27,247 nucleotides of DNA from Candidatus Velthaea sp. Lineage in GTDB: Bacteria > Vulcanimicrobiota > Vulcanimicrobiia > Vulcanimicrobiales > Vulcanimicrobiaceae. The DNA is taken from contig JBEKHC010000070.1 in assembly GCA_050012475.1 (NCBI GenBank), positions 1 to 27,247 of the forward strand, in the 5' to 3' direction. The notes beneath the pieces are model-generated. The model saw only the letters and a program-made list of their open reading frames with translations, was not told where the DNA came from and did no database searches. Shown here piece by piece: positions 17,114 through 25,768 of this stretch; position 1 is the first letter of the stretch; each line of letters opens with the position of its first letter. The position numbers were made by a program, and so were the translations under genes.

Positions 17114-18559
17114 ATGGGATGTGCGTCCCGGCGCCTCGCGGTCCTCGTTGCGATGCTCCTGCCGGCGACGAATTCGGCTGCCGCGCCGCCGGCCAATCCG
17201 GCCGCGCCGATCGCAGTTGCTGCCGGTCACCCCGCGCAGCATCATATCCGCGCGCAAACCAACTGGAGCCGCGAGGGCCAAAGCGGAACCCTGACGTTGG
17301 AAACCCAGGGCGTGCAGCGGCTCGAACGCGAGTGCGCCGACGACCTGTGCAGCGGCAGCTGGTTCGACGGCCGGGAGCGCCGGACGTTCGGCATCAACGG
17401 CACGCCCTTCCCCGACCGCAACGGCGACCCGGGCGCCGAACGAACGTTCGCGGCGATCGTCTCGACGGCGTTCGCCGAACCGGAGTTTCTCGTCGCGGGC
17501 GGTACCGTCGCATCCCTGCCCGACGCCGGCGACGGGCAGCTGCGCTACCGCGTGAGCGCGCCGCAGGGGAGCGAACTCGTCGCGGTCGCCGACGCGCGAA
17601 CGCACCGGCTCACCGGCGTGACCTCGCCGGACGGCACCCGCGGCCGGCGGCTGATCGCGACCATTGCGGGCGCGGCGACCGTCTACAGCACGCGGGCGTA
17701 CGACCGGGTGGCCGCCGCCGATGGTGCGCTCGTCCCGCCGGCCGGCCCCGCAGTGAGCGTCGGGGAACCTGCCGAACTTGCCCTGTCGCGGGACGCGCTG
17801 CCGATCGTCGCTTGCTCGCTGAACGGGCACCCCGCAAACTGCTTGATCGATACCGGCACGACGCCCAGCGCGGTGACCCTCGACTTCGCCGAGCGTTTGG
17901 GACAGGAACCGCACGGCCGCATCGAGATCGGCGGACTGGGGACCTATCTCACCGGCGCCATCCAGGCCGGTCCGCTGGTCGTCGCGAGCGCGACGTTCCC
18001 CGCGCTGCGCTTGGCGGTCATCCCGCGCGCCCGCCCGAACTTCGACGTCGTCCTCGGCAGCGACGTGCTCGCGGGACTGCGGATCGTGTTCGCCGGCGGC
18101 GGACATCGAGCACGCATCGAGCCGGCGACCGGCGACCTCGACGGCACCCCGGTGGCATTGGAGTTCGCCGCCGGCCTTCCGTTTGTGGAGGTGCGTCTGG
18201 GCGGGCGCGACGAGCGCGAACCGCTGCTCGTCGACACGGGCGATAGCAACCTGGTCTCGATCGGCTACGACGAATATCGCGAAGACAGCGGACTCTTTGC
18301 ACCCCGCGGATCGGGCACGGCGGCGGGGCTGGGCGCGGAGCCGATGGATACGGTCGACGGGATCCTCGACCGCTTGGACATCGCCGGGCAATCGCTGAGC
18401 GACGTCCCGATCAGCGCGGTGCGCGGACAGCACGGGGGCCACCTGGGCTACGCGCTGGCCGGCCGCTGCACGTCGCTGACGCTCGATCTGGGCGCACGTC
18501 GCATCGGCGTGCGGCTCAGCGCGCCGGACCGGAAGCAGCCCGCCGCCAGGGAGCCCTAG
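17114..18559 (+). CDS. Secreted protein with two retropepsin-like aspartyl protease domains
   Basis: Two DTG motifs (CLIDTGT, LLVDTGD), each followed by a hydrophobic-hydrophobic-G motif (VVLGSDVL, GHLGYAL). Signal-like N-terminus. The start is uncertain (17093-17153). Confidence 0.8.
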   Translation: MGCASRRLAVLVAMLLPATNSAAAPPANPAAPIAVAAGHPAQHHIRAQTNWSREGQSGTLTLETQGVQRLERECADDLCSGSWFDGRERRTFGINGTPFPDRNGDPGAERTFAAIVSTAFAEPEFLVAGGTVASLPDAGDGQLRYRVSAPQGSELVAVADARTHRLTGVTSPDGTRGRRLIATIAGAATVYSTRAYDRVAAADGALVPPAGPAVSVGEPAELALSRDALPIVACSLNGHPANCLIDTGTTPSAVTLDFAERLGQEPHGRIEIGGLGTYLTGAIQAGPLVVASATFPALRLAVIPRARPNFDVVLGSDVLAGLRIVFAGGGHRARIEPATGDLDGTPVALEFAAGLPFVEVRLGGRDEREPLLVDTGDSNLVSIGYDEYREDSGLFAPRGSGTAAGLGAEPMDTVDGILDRLDIAGQSLSDVPISAVRGQHGGHLGYALAGRCTSLTLDLGARRIGVRLSAPDRKQPAAREP

Positions 18560-18630
18560 ACGCAATCCTTGCGTTACCACACCTATCGAAAAGAGGAGAA
18601 ACCTGGGCCTACTCCGCACGGAAGCGGGCT

Positions 18631-19500
18631 ATGCAAGCTGTTTCACAGACTCGTGATCCGGGCGCGATCCCAACAGGCGTGGGGTTGGCAGCCGTTCACG
18701 TCGGCGCTCTCGCGGTGTTTCTTCCGCACATGTTCTCCTGGAGTGCGATCATCGTCGCGCTCGTGCTCTACAATCTCACCGGCGCGTTCGGAATTACGCT
18801 CGGATTCCATCGCTTGCTCACCCATCGCAGCCTCAAACTCGTGAAGCCGCTCGAGTACACCGTGGCCATCCTGGGCACGCTGGCGCTGCAAGGCGGCCCG
18901 ATCGAATGGATCTCGACCCACCGCGCGCATCACGCCCACACCGACCGCCAAGGCGATCCGCACGACGTCAATCGCGGGTTGCGCTGGGCTCACATGCAGT
19001 GGCTCTATCGCCAGAACGATGCCCGGCTGACCAAAGCCGAACAGCTTCGGCTGGCCCCCGACCTCGCCGGCGACAAATTTTACGTCTTTCTCGAGAAGAC
19101 GTATCTGCTTTGGCAAGTCGCGCTGGGAATTGTTTTATTTGCGTTTGGCGGCTGGCCGTGGGTGATCTACGGCATCTTCGTCCGCTGTGTCGCCACCTAC
19201 CACATCACGTGGCTGGTCAACAGCGCCGCCCACCACGACGGTTATCAAAGCTACCGCACGGGAGACAAATCGACCAACAATTGGTGGGTCGCGATCCTTG
19301 CCTGGGGCGAAGGCTGGCACAACAACCATCACGCGTTCCCGTTCTCAGCGCGTCACGGGCTGCGGTGGTTCGAGTTCGACGCGACGTGGCTCGCCATTCG
19401 CGCACTCGCAGCGTTGCGGCTGGCGCGTGATATCAAACTGCCGACCGCGGCGATGCTTGACCGGCTTTCGTTCAAGCCGCGGGTGGCGCGGACGCCCTGA
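18631..19500 (+). CDS. Delta-9-type fatty acid desaturase (copy 1)
   Basis: His boxes HRLLTH, HRAHH and HNNHH, plus GEGWHNNHH and WLVNSAAH. TM segments present. Confidence 0.95.
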   Translation: MQAVSQTRDPGAIPTGVGLAAVHVGALAVFLPHMFSWSAIIVALVLYNLTGAFGITLGFHRLLTHRSLKLVKPLEYTVAILGTLALQGGPIEWISTHRAHHAHTDRQGDPHDVNRGLRWAHMQWLYRQNDARLTKAEQLRLAPDLAGDKFYVFLEKTYLLWQVALGIVLFAFGGWPWVIYGIFVRCVATYHITWLVNSAAHHDGYQSYRTGDKSTNNWWVAILAWGEGWHNNHHAFPFSARHGLRWFEFDATWLAIRALAALRLARDIKLPTAAMLDRLSFKPRVARTP

Positions 19501-19516
19501 CCCCCGCGCTTCCGGG

Positions 19517-19561
19517 AAAAAATAAAGAGGGTTCGACGGTCGTCGAATCCTCTTCTCTTTT
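19517..19561. terminator. Bidirectional intrinsic terminator
   Basis: Stem AAGAGGGTTCGAC/GTCGAATCCTCTT (19525-19554), flanked by an A-tract and a T-rich tract, between convergent genes. Confidence 0.85.
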
Positions 19562-19621
19562 GCGATCCGGCGCGGCGAGCATCCACCCCCGTCGATTCCG
19601 CGCAGCGCCGGGACGGGCGAG

Positions 19622-19903
19622 TTACTCGAGGTCGGATTCGAGGGCTTCTGCCGTCCGCTGCATGACCTTGGCCAGCAGGGCGATCGCGCCGGCGCGATTG
19701 GTGTTGAGCAGCATGTACTGCATCCGGTCATTGGGGTGGAGCACGACGAAGATGCCTTTGCTTCCGGTCGTGACCGAATCCATGATGCGTTCGACGAATG
19801 CTCGGTCGTCATCGTCGAGCTCGACATGCGGTGCCGATTCTTCTGCCGTACTTCTCTGTAACAGATCGGTAAGAAACGCGTCCAGATTCTCGGGGGTATC
19901 CAT
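19622..19903 (-). CDS. Small acidic hypothetical protein (93 aa)
   Basis: ATG preceded by purine-rich AAGGAAGAGAG. Globular composition; ends toward the terminator. Confidence 0.7.
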   Translation of the reverse strand: MDTPENLDAFLTDLLQRSTAEESAPHVELDDDDRAFVERIMDSVTTGSKGIFVVLHPNDRMQYMLLNTNRAGAIALLAKVMQRTAEALESDLE

Positions 19904-20009
19904 GGCTAGTTCACTCTCTTCCTTGAGATTTGCGAAGTTGCGGCGCGATGGCGTTGTATAAAATATCGGCGCACCTCAGTCGGAATGTGAGCTGGGTATA
20001 TGGCTTTTT

Positions 20010-20393
20010 ATGGCTTGGAAACTCGGAGCGGTCGGCCATTTCGGTCTGGCAGTAAGCGACCCGGAGCGGAGCGCGCGCTGGTGGATCGAGAACATCGGCG
20101 TGGAGCGGCAGTTCGACTTCGAGAGCGGAGTAGCGGTCGGCACCGACGCGATCACGATCGTGCTCACCCAGGGACGTCCCGATCCGGCCGTGTTTGAACA
20201 CCTGTCGTTTCACCTCGGCTCGATGGCGGAACTGCGCGAAGCGCTCGCCGACTTGCGGCGGCGCGGCGTCGAGCTCGAGGATCCGGGCGACGAGATTGGG
20301 CCCGAGGCCCCCGGATCAGTGCACATGGGCCTATGGTTTCACGACCCCGACGGGTATCGCTGGGAACTCAACGTTCAGAACGGCGCGCGTTAA
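20010..20393 (+). CDS. VOC/glyoxalase family protein
   Basis: Motifs HFGLAVSDPERSARWW, EHLSF and WFHDPDGYRWEL. Confidence 0.9.
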   Translation: MAWKLGAVGHFGLAVSDPERSARWWIENIGVERQFDFESGVAVGTDAITIVLTQGRPDPAVFEHLSFHLGSMAELREALADLRRRGVELEDPGDEIGPEAPGSVHMGLWFHDPDGYRWELNVQNGAR

Positions 20394-20419
20394 ATAGATT
20401 TATTTGTGATTCGACGCTC

Positions 20420-20452
20420 GTTGCAGCGCGTCGCTGCGACAGGCTTTACTTT
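20420..20452 (+). terminator. Possible terminator hairpin
   Basis: GTTGCAGCG-cgt-CGCTGCGAC followed by an interrupted T-rich tail. Confidence 0.35.
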
Positions 20453-20478
20453 CCTGCGCACACAAGAGAAGCGCCATC

Positions 20479-20778
20479 ATGCCGACCATCGATAAAATAG
20501 AACGCGAGATCCGAGACTTCGAAGGCTTTGACGTTCGAATCCGCTACGCCGAGTCAAACGGCCGCAACCGGAATGCAAAGCTCAACGTCCCGGGCTACAA
20601 GCGCCGCTACAATCGCATCGCGTGGAATACGTTCACGGTCAACGATTGGCGCCGCCGCCGATTCGCCGACGACTATCCGGATTATGTAGTCGACGTGCTC
20701 AAACCCGACGGCAGCATCGCGACGGGAAAGACGGCGTTAGCGAAACTGCGCGAGCTTTACGAGCGCGACTCCAACTAA
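20479..20778 (+). CDS. Small hypothetical protein with an internal two-fold repeat, possibly beta-grasp-like
   Basis: 99-aa ORF preceded by AAGAGAAG. The halves TIDKIEREIRDFEGFDVRIRYAESNG and TVNDWRRRRFADDYPDYVVDVLKPDG resemble each other. Confidence 0.75.
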   Translation: MPTIDKIEREIRDFEGFDVRIRYAESNGRNRNAKLNVPGYKRRYNRIAWNTFTVNDWRRRRFADDYPDYVVDVLKPDGSIATGKTALAKLRELYERDSN

Positions 20779-21016
20779 GGATGCTCTGCTTTCGTCCCGG
20801 TTAGGAGCATAGCGGCGAAGTTTGCTCAAGCAAATGCGCCGCGTAGCGACGACGTTCCGACAGAAGTCGCGCCTTGCAGCCTCGTTAGGTTGCGAGGCGT
20901 TCGCTCGTCCTTCACCAGTTCTTCATCGCCGGCGGGCTAAGCTGCCCTCGTGAATTCATTGGGCGTTCCTATGACGGTCGCAGTCTTCTTTGCTGTTTCG
21001 TCGCCGGTGTCTGGGC

Positions 21017-21928
21017 GTGGCTAAATTCGCGAACCCGGCCAACCCCGCCGGCGAACGCCAAATCGTCACCGGCGCCGCGCTCGTCATCATTCACCTCGGC
21101 GCCTGCGCCGCCGTGCTGCCGGCGTTCTTTTCGTGGTCCGGCGTGGTCGTCGCGCTCGTGCTCTACTATCTTACCGGCGGGCTCGGGATCTGTTTAGGCT
21201 ATCATCGGCTGCTCACCCACCGCAGCATGCGGCTCGCCCAACCCCTCGAATACCTCTGCACGATCTTCGGCGTGCTGGCGATGCAAGGCGGTCCGATCAA
21301 TTGGGTTGCAACGCACCGCGCTCACCACGCGTTCTCCGACACCGAACGCGACCCGCACAATTCCGAGCGCGGTTTCTGGTGGTGCCACATCGCGTGGCTG
21401 TACGGGCGCAATCCTGCGCGGCTGACCCGCGATGAGGAACGGCGCTACGCCGCCGACCTTGCCGCCGATCCGGTCCATTCCTTCTTCGAGGCGTCCGCGA
21501 TCTGGTGGCAGCTGGCCTTGGGGCTGGTCTTATTCGCATTCGGCGGATGGTCGTGGGTGGTCTGGGGTATCTTCGTGCGCCTCGTCGTCACCTATCACGC
21601 CACCTGGCTGGTGAACAGCGCCGCGCATTTGACCGGCTACCGCACCTATCGCGCTCCCGGACGCGACCACTCGATGAACACCTGGTGGGTTGCGCTTGTC
21701 GCCTGGGGCGAAGGCTGGCACAACAACCACCACGCATTCCCATTCTCGGCGCGTCACGGAATGCGCTGGTTCGAGATCGATCTCACTTGGTGGACGATCA
21801 AGGTCCTTGCGATTCTGCGGCTCGCGAGCGACGTGCAGGTTCCGGCGCCAGCGATGCTGCAGCGCCGCTTGCGGGAGCCGGCCTTTCCCAATGCGTCCAC
21901 CGGCACCGGCCCCCGACGAGCTTCGTAA
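21017..21928 (+). CDS. Delta-9-type fatty acid desaturase (copy 2)
   Basis: His boxes HRLLTH, HRAHH and HNNHH; colinear with 18631..19500. GTG 21017 was chosen by length comparison with copy 1 (the ORF track gives TTG 20990). Confidence 0.93.
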   Translation: MAKFANPANPAGERQIVTGAALVIIHLGACAAVLPAFFSWSGVVVALVLYYLTGGLGICLGYHRLLTHRSMRLAQPLEYLCTIFGVLAMQGGPINWVATHRAHHAFSDTERDPHNSERGFWWCHIAWLYGRNPARLTRDEERRYAADLAADPVHSFFEASAIWWQLALGLVLFAFGGWSWVVWGIFVRLVVTYHATWLVNSAAHLTGYRTYRAPGRDHSMNTWWVALVAWGEGWHNNHHAFPFSARHGMRWFEIDLTWWTIKVLAILRLASDVQVPAPAMLQRRLREPAFPNASTGTGPRRAS

Positions 21929-21936
21929 GTCGCGGC

Positions 21937-22464
21937 TTACAGGGCGGCGAACACCTTATCGTAATTCGGCTCGGCCGCCACTTCCGGAACGATCTCAACG
22001 TACTTGAGTTTCGCGTCTTTGCCGACGACGATCACGGCGCGTGCCAACAGATCCAACTCCTTGATCACCAAACCGTAGGCCAGCCCGAAGGAGTGATCGC
22101 GGTAATCGGAGAGATACGTGAGCTTCGCGGCGTCGTTCGCCTCGGACCAGCGGCCCTGCGCGAACGGGAGATCGGCGCTCACGACGAAGGCCGCGGCGTC
22201 GGCCGGAAGTTCGCCCAACCGTTTGTGAAACGTCGACGTCTCGACCGAACAGGTCGGCGTGTCCAGCGACGGAACGACGATGAGCAACGCTTGCCGCGAC
22301 CCGTTGGCGATCGCGTCCTGCAGCGTGAACGGCGACAGATCGGCCGAACTCAGCGTAAATTGCGGCGCGGCTTCGCCCGTTCGAAGAGCCGGCCCGACGA
22401 GGGTCATCGGATTTCCCTTGAACGTGATGACATCCGTCCGTTCCGACAGCGTTTGCGTGGTCAT
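21937..22464 (-). CDS. tpx: Thiol peroxidase (Tpx-type peroxiredoxin)
   Basis: Motifs ITFKGNPMTL, VPSLDTPTC, SADLPFAQ, LLARAV and EPNYD. Shine-Dalgarno GAAAGGGA lies before ATG 22464. Confidence 0.93.
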   Translation of the reverse strand: MTTQTLSERTDVITFKGNPMTLVGPALRTGEAAPQFTLSSADLSPFTLQDAIANGSRQALLIVVPSLDTPTCSVETSTFHKRLGELPADAAAFVVSADLPFAQGRWSEANDAAKLTYLSDYRDHSFGLAYGLVIKELDLLARAVIVVGKDAKLKYVEIVPEVAAEPNYDKVFAAL

Positions 22465-23081
22465 AAGTGTCCCTTTCTCATGTGGTGTGGACAACGCTTC
22501 GACGCCCTGCGCGTGCGTCCGTCTGCCGCTGCGCACGTCGTGCTCCCGGTCCGGTTCATGCGATCGCCGCACCCGGCGCAGGACGTCGTGCCCGCCCGTT
22601 CGGTCCGGCGCGAAAGCTCCTGCCGCGGGGTCGCTCCGCGGGTTGGCAGTTGGTTCGTGACAGCCGCTGCCAGGCTTCGATCCACCGTCGTCGCGGCGTT
22701 CCGACCGCACGACCGGCCGCCAAAGTCACGCGCCCAACGCGGTTGTGTGCACCATCGGAGCGCCCACCGGAGCGAACCTCAGCGTTGCGTAAGCGTCGCG
22801 CCGAACATGCCGACGCAAACGGACGTCAGCGCCGCACCCGCAGCGGCACAAGTACGATAACCGCGCCTTTCGCACCGTGCGCTGCAACGCCGCGACGGCC
22901 TAGCTTTTGCGGACCGCCGCCGACGGCGCGTCTTCATTCGTGGAGTCGTCAATGGCGAGCTGATGGTCGCGCGGCACTTCGATGTTAATGGCGCCGGCAA
23001 GGAGCCGGCGACCGTGAATGACGCCGGTCGCCGGATCGCCGGTGAATCGCAATTAGGCGCGCGTTCTGAGGTAATTGGGCG

Positions 23082-23291
23082 TCAACCACCAGCGCGCGCG
23101 GACCGCACGACGGAAGCGTCCGTTCCCGATACGCCCAGCCACGTGCGATGAATCGCATCGCGCTCGCAATCGAGTAACCGGTCGATGACATCACGCTGAC
23201 CTGCAGCGCATGCGCACGACGAGCACCCGCGTTCGCTGTGCGCGTCGAGAGTGTGCTTACAAAGACAGAAAATAAAACGCTCGAGCGACAT
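23082..23291 (-). CDS. Small Cys/His-rich putative metal-binding protein (69 aa)
   Basis: GAGGA Shine-Dalgarno. Motif C-x-C-x-H-x4-H-x4-C-x2-C-x-C followed by an amphipathic helix. Confidence 0.6.
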   Translation of the reverse strand: MSLERFIFCLCKHTLDAHSERGCSSCACAAGQRDVIDRLLDCERDAIHRTWLGVSGTDASVVRSARAGG

Positions 23292-23774
23292 CGTTCCTCG
23301 TGACTTTCAGCATGCAACCCTCCCCCGCTGTCTGCTTCTCCCCGCCCGCCGCCCGCTTTAACGTAATATTCGCTCGCCGTCTTGCACCGGGCGACACCGT
23401 GGCCTTGCGTGCAGGGATGCTCTGATGTAGCCCTGGACGTCGTCGCTACGCGGCGGCGCGTGTGCTGAAGCAAACTTCGCCGCTATGCTCCGCGCCAGGA
23501 CGAAATCCGAGCATCCGTGACGGCGCCATCCCCGCGACATGATCGCGAATTCGACCGTTTTGCCTCGTCTGCGAACCAGCGCAAGCATGACTAGTGACGA
23601 AGGCAACCATCGGAGGGTTATGGGGCAGCCCAACAGGCCGCGGTCAGACAAACACGAACTCTGAGCATGCGGGTTATAGTTTGAGAAAGTCAGTTCGTGT
23701 GTTGCAGACGTTATGATGATGTCTTCTTTGTCGTCGGCGCTCAGAGAAGGACGCCTCGCCGCTAGGCGCACCTT

Positions 23775-25241
23775 ATGACACTTTCGACCGCGGCCGGCTT
23801 GACCCGCGCACGCGGAGCCTTCGTGTTAACCGTCGGCTTCATCGTCTTGCTCTCGTCGGCCATTTGGCTGTACTGGACCGTTCAAGGCACGAACAATTAC
23901 CAGCGCGATGTGCGCTTGGCCCAAACGGCACGCGATCGCGTCTTCCGGGCGCTCCTCGATCAGGAAACGAGCATGCGCGGTTTTACGAGCACGCGGCAAA
24001 TCGTTTTCTTGATGCCCTACGGACGCTCGCAGGAAACGATGGACGGCGCATTCGCCGACCTTAGCTTCCAGCTCAAGCGCCTGGGCGCACCGCAGCTTTT
24101 GCGTTACGTCGATGAAGAGATCGCGCTGCACAAACGTTGGCACGACACGGTTGCTGCGCCGCTGTTGGCTGCCCCGCTTCGGCCCGATGCCATCCGCTTG
24201 CAGTACGAAGGCAAAACGCTCGTCGATCAGTTCCGCAACGCCGACGGCATTCTCTACAACGGCATCAATCAAGCGGCGGCGGCGGCCGATGCGGCGGTCA
24301 ACGTCGCGGTCGTCCGGATCGCCATCGTCACCGGCGTGCTGGGCGTCGCCTTCGCGTTCGCATTCTTCTTTTTTAGCGCGCAGCGAGCGAAAATGACCGC
24401 CGAGACCGCGCGCCAGCGCATGCTGTATGAAAACGAGAAACGGATTGCCGACGCGCTCCAAGCGGCGTTCGTGCAAAAAGCGCTGCCGGTGCTGCCGAAT
24501 CTCGGTTTTCATGCCAGCTACCTTCCAGCGGGCGCCGAAGCGCGCGTGGGCGGCGATTGGTACGATGCCTTCGTGCTGCCGGACGGCCGGATTCTTTTTT
24601 CGATCGGCGACGTCGCCGGACACGGCATCGAAGCGGCCGTGATCATGAGCCGCGCCCGTCAAGCGATCATCTCCAGCGCCCTGCACGAGACCGATCCGGC
24701 GACCGTGCTCAGCAAAGCCAACGAATCGTTGATGCTGCAAGAACCAAAGATGGTGACGGCGATCTGCGGCTACATCGAACCGCGGTCGCTGCGCATCGAC
24801 TACGCCACAGCCGGCCATCCGGCGCCGATTCTCGCCTTTCCCGACAAAGAGCCGTATTTTCTCGAGCACGACGGTCTGCCGTTGGGCATTCTGCCCGGCG
24901 TGCGGTATCAATCGTTCAGCACGCAGGCGGCCGCCGGAGCGCTGCTGGTGCTCTACACCGACGGCGTGATCGAACATAAACGCGATCTCGTCGAAGGCGA
25001 ACGGCGCTTGCTCGACGCGGCCCGCTCGGTCGCGTCGCAGCCCACCGACGATCCCGCCGCCGGCGTGCGGCGCGCCATCTTCGCCGACAAGGCGCCCGAC
25101 GACGACGTCGCGATCATGACCGTTTCGTTCGCGGTACTCAACCGCGGCGGCTGTGCCACCATCAATGCGTATTCGCCCGCCGGGTTTACGGTAGCAGGCT
25201 CCGGTGCCGACGCACCCGAGGCCCCGCAGCCGCTCTTATGA
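23775..25241 (+). CDS. Membrane CHASE3-domain PP2C/SpoIIE serine phosphatase (RsbU-like)
   Basis: TM, CHASE3-like LLDQETSMRGF...FLMPY, second TM, then PP2C motifs VGGDWYD, IGDVAGHG, AGHP, LYTDGVIE and DDVA. Confidence 0.9.
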   Translation: MTLSTAAGLTRARGAFVLTVGFIVLLSSAIWLYWTVQGTNNYQRDVRLAQTARDRVFRALLDQETSMRGFTSTRQIVFLMPYGRSQETMDGAFADLSFQLKRLGAPQLLRYVDEEIALHKRWHDTVAAPLLAAPLRPDAIRLQYEGKTLVDQFRNADGILYNGINQAAAAADAAVNVAVVRIAIVTGVLGVAFAFAFFFFSAQRAKMTAETARQRMLYENEKRIADALQAAFVQKALPVLPNLGFHASYLPAGAEARVGGDWYDAFVLPDGRILFSIGDVAGHGIEAAVIMSRARQAIISSALHETDPATVLSKANESLMLQEPKMVTAICGYIEPRSLRIDYATAGHPAPILAFPDKEPYFLEHDGLPLGILPGVRYQSFSTQAAAGALLVLYTDGVIEHKRDLVEGERRLLDAARSVASQPTDDPAAGVRRAIFADKAPDDDVAIMTVSFAVLNRGGCATINAYSPAGFTVAGSGADAPEAPQPLL

Positions 25242-25541
25242 GCGCGGAGATTCCTTCAGCTTGCGTTCGCGGCCGAAGAGCGCGCGCAGTTCATCCTTTG
25301 CTTGCTCGAGCGTTTGGCGGCGCTGCGCGGGTAAGTTCTTGCCGGCCCGATTGATATACAGATTGAGCATCGACATCGCCGAACGAAATGGCTCGGCCTT
25401 GCGGCGGCTGCTGTGCTCCGCCGATTCTTTGAGCGAACGTGCGATCGCGTGCGGATCGGCGTGCGTAAAAACGCCTTGCTCGAGGTCGAGCGCGTCGCTG
25501 TGTTCGGTCACGCCGGCGGACCAGCGCTCTTTTGCCATCAT
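25236..25541 (-). CDS. DUF3175 family protein
   Basis: RWSAGVTEHSDALDLEQGVF...PFRSAMSMLNLYINRAGKNL...AKDELRALFG. GGAGG Shine-Dalgarno before ATG 25541. Confidence 0.85.
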   Translation of the reverse strand: MMAKERWSAGVTEHSDALDLEQGVFTHADPHAIARSLKESAEHSSRRKAEPFRSAMSMLNLYINRAGKNLPAQRRQTLEQAKDELRALFGRERKLKESPRS

Positions 25542-25768
25542 TCTGCCTCCACGAAGCACCGCGCAGGCTTTGCGCGCAGTCTTCTCATACCCGCCGGCTC
25601 CGACGCGCGCACCGCACCGATTTAAAACCGCGGCGGTGTGGTAACGAACGCCATGACTTGGCAACGCGCCGGGCGGCAGCCGCCGCGCTGCTGCCGCCGG
25701 CCGGCGCGCAAGCCGCGGCTCGGAGCCACTCGGTATCCGTCCGACCCTCGACCATCAGCGGAGGTGAG

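Noticed and set aside
16556..18619. 687-aa minus-strand ORF, the longest in the window
   Set aside because: Arg/Ala-rich antisense shadow of the protease gene, with no motifs.
23358..23771. 137-aa minus-strand ORF
   Set aside because: Atypical codon usage, no motifs, and it occupies the likely promoter region of the phosphatase.
25665..25710. GC-rich hairpin and signal-peptide-like reading upstream of the VOC gene
   Set aside because: Low-complexity GCC/GGC sequence pairs by chance, and the VOC gene has its own strong Shine-Dalgarno at ~25760.
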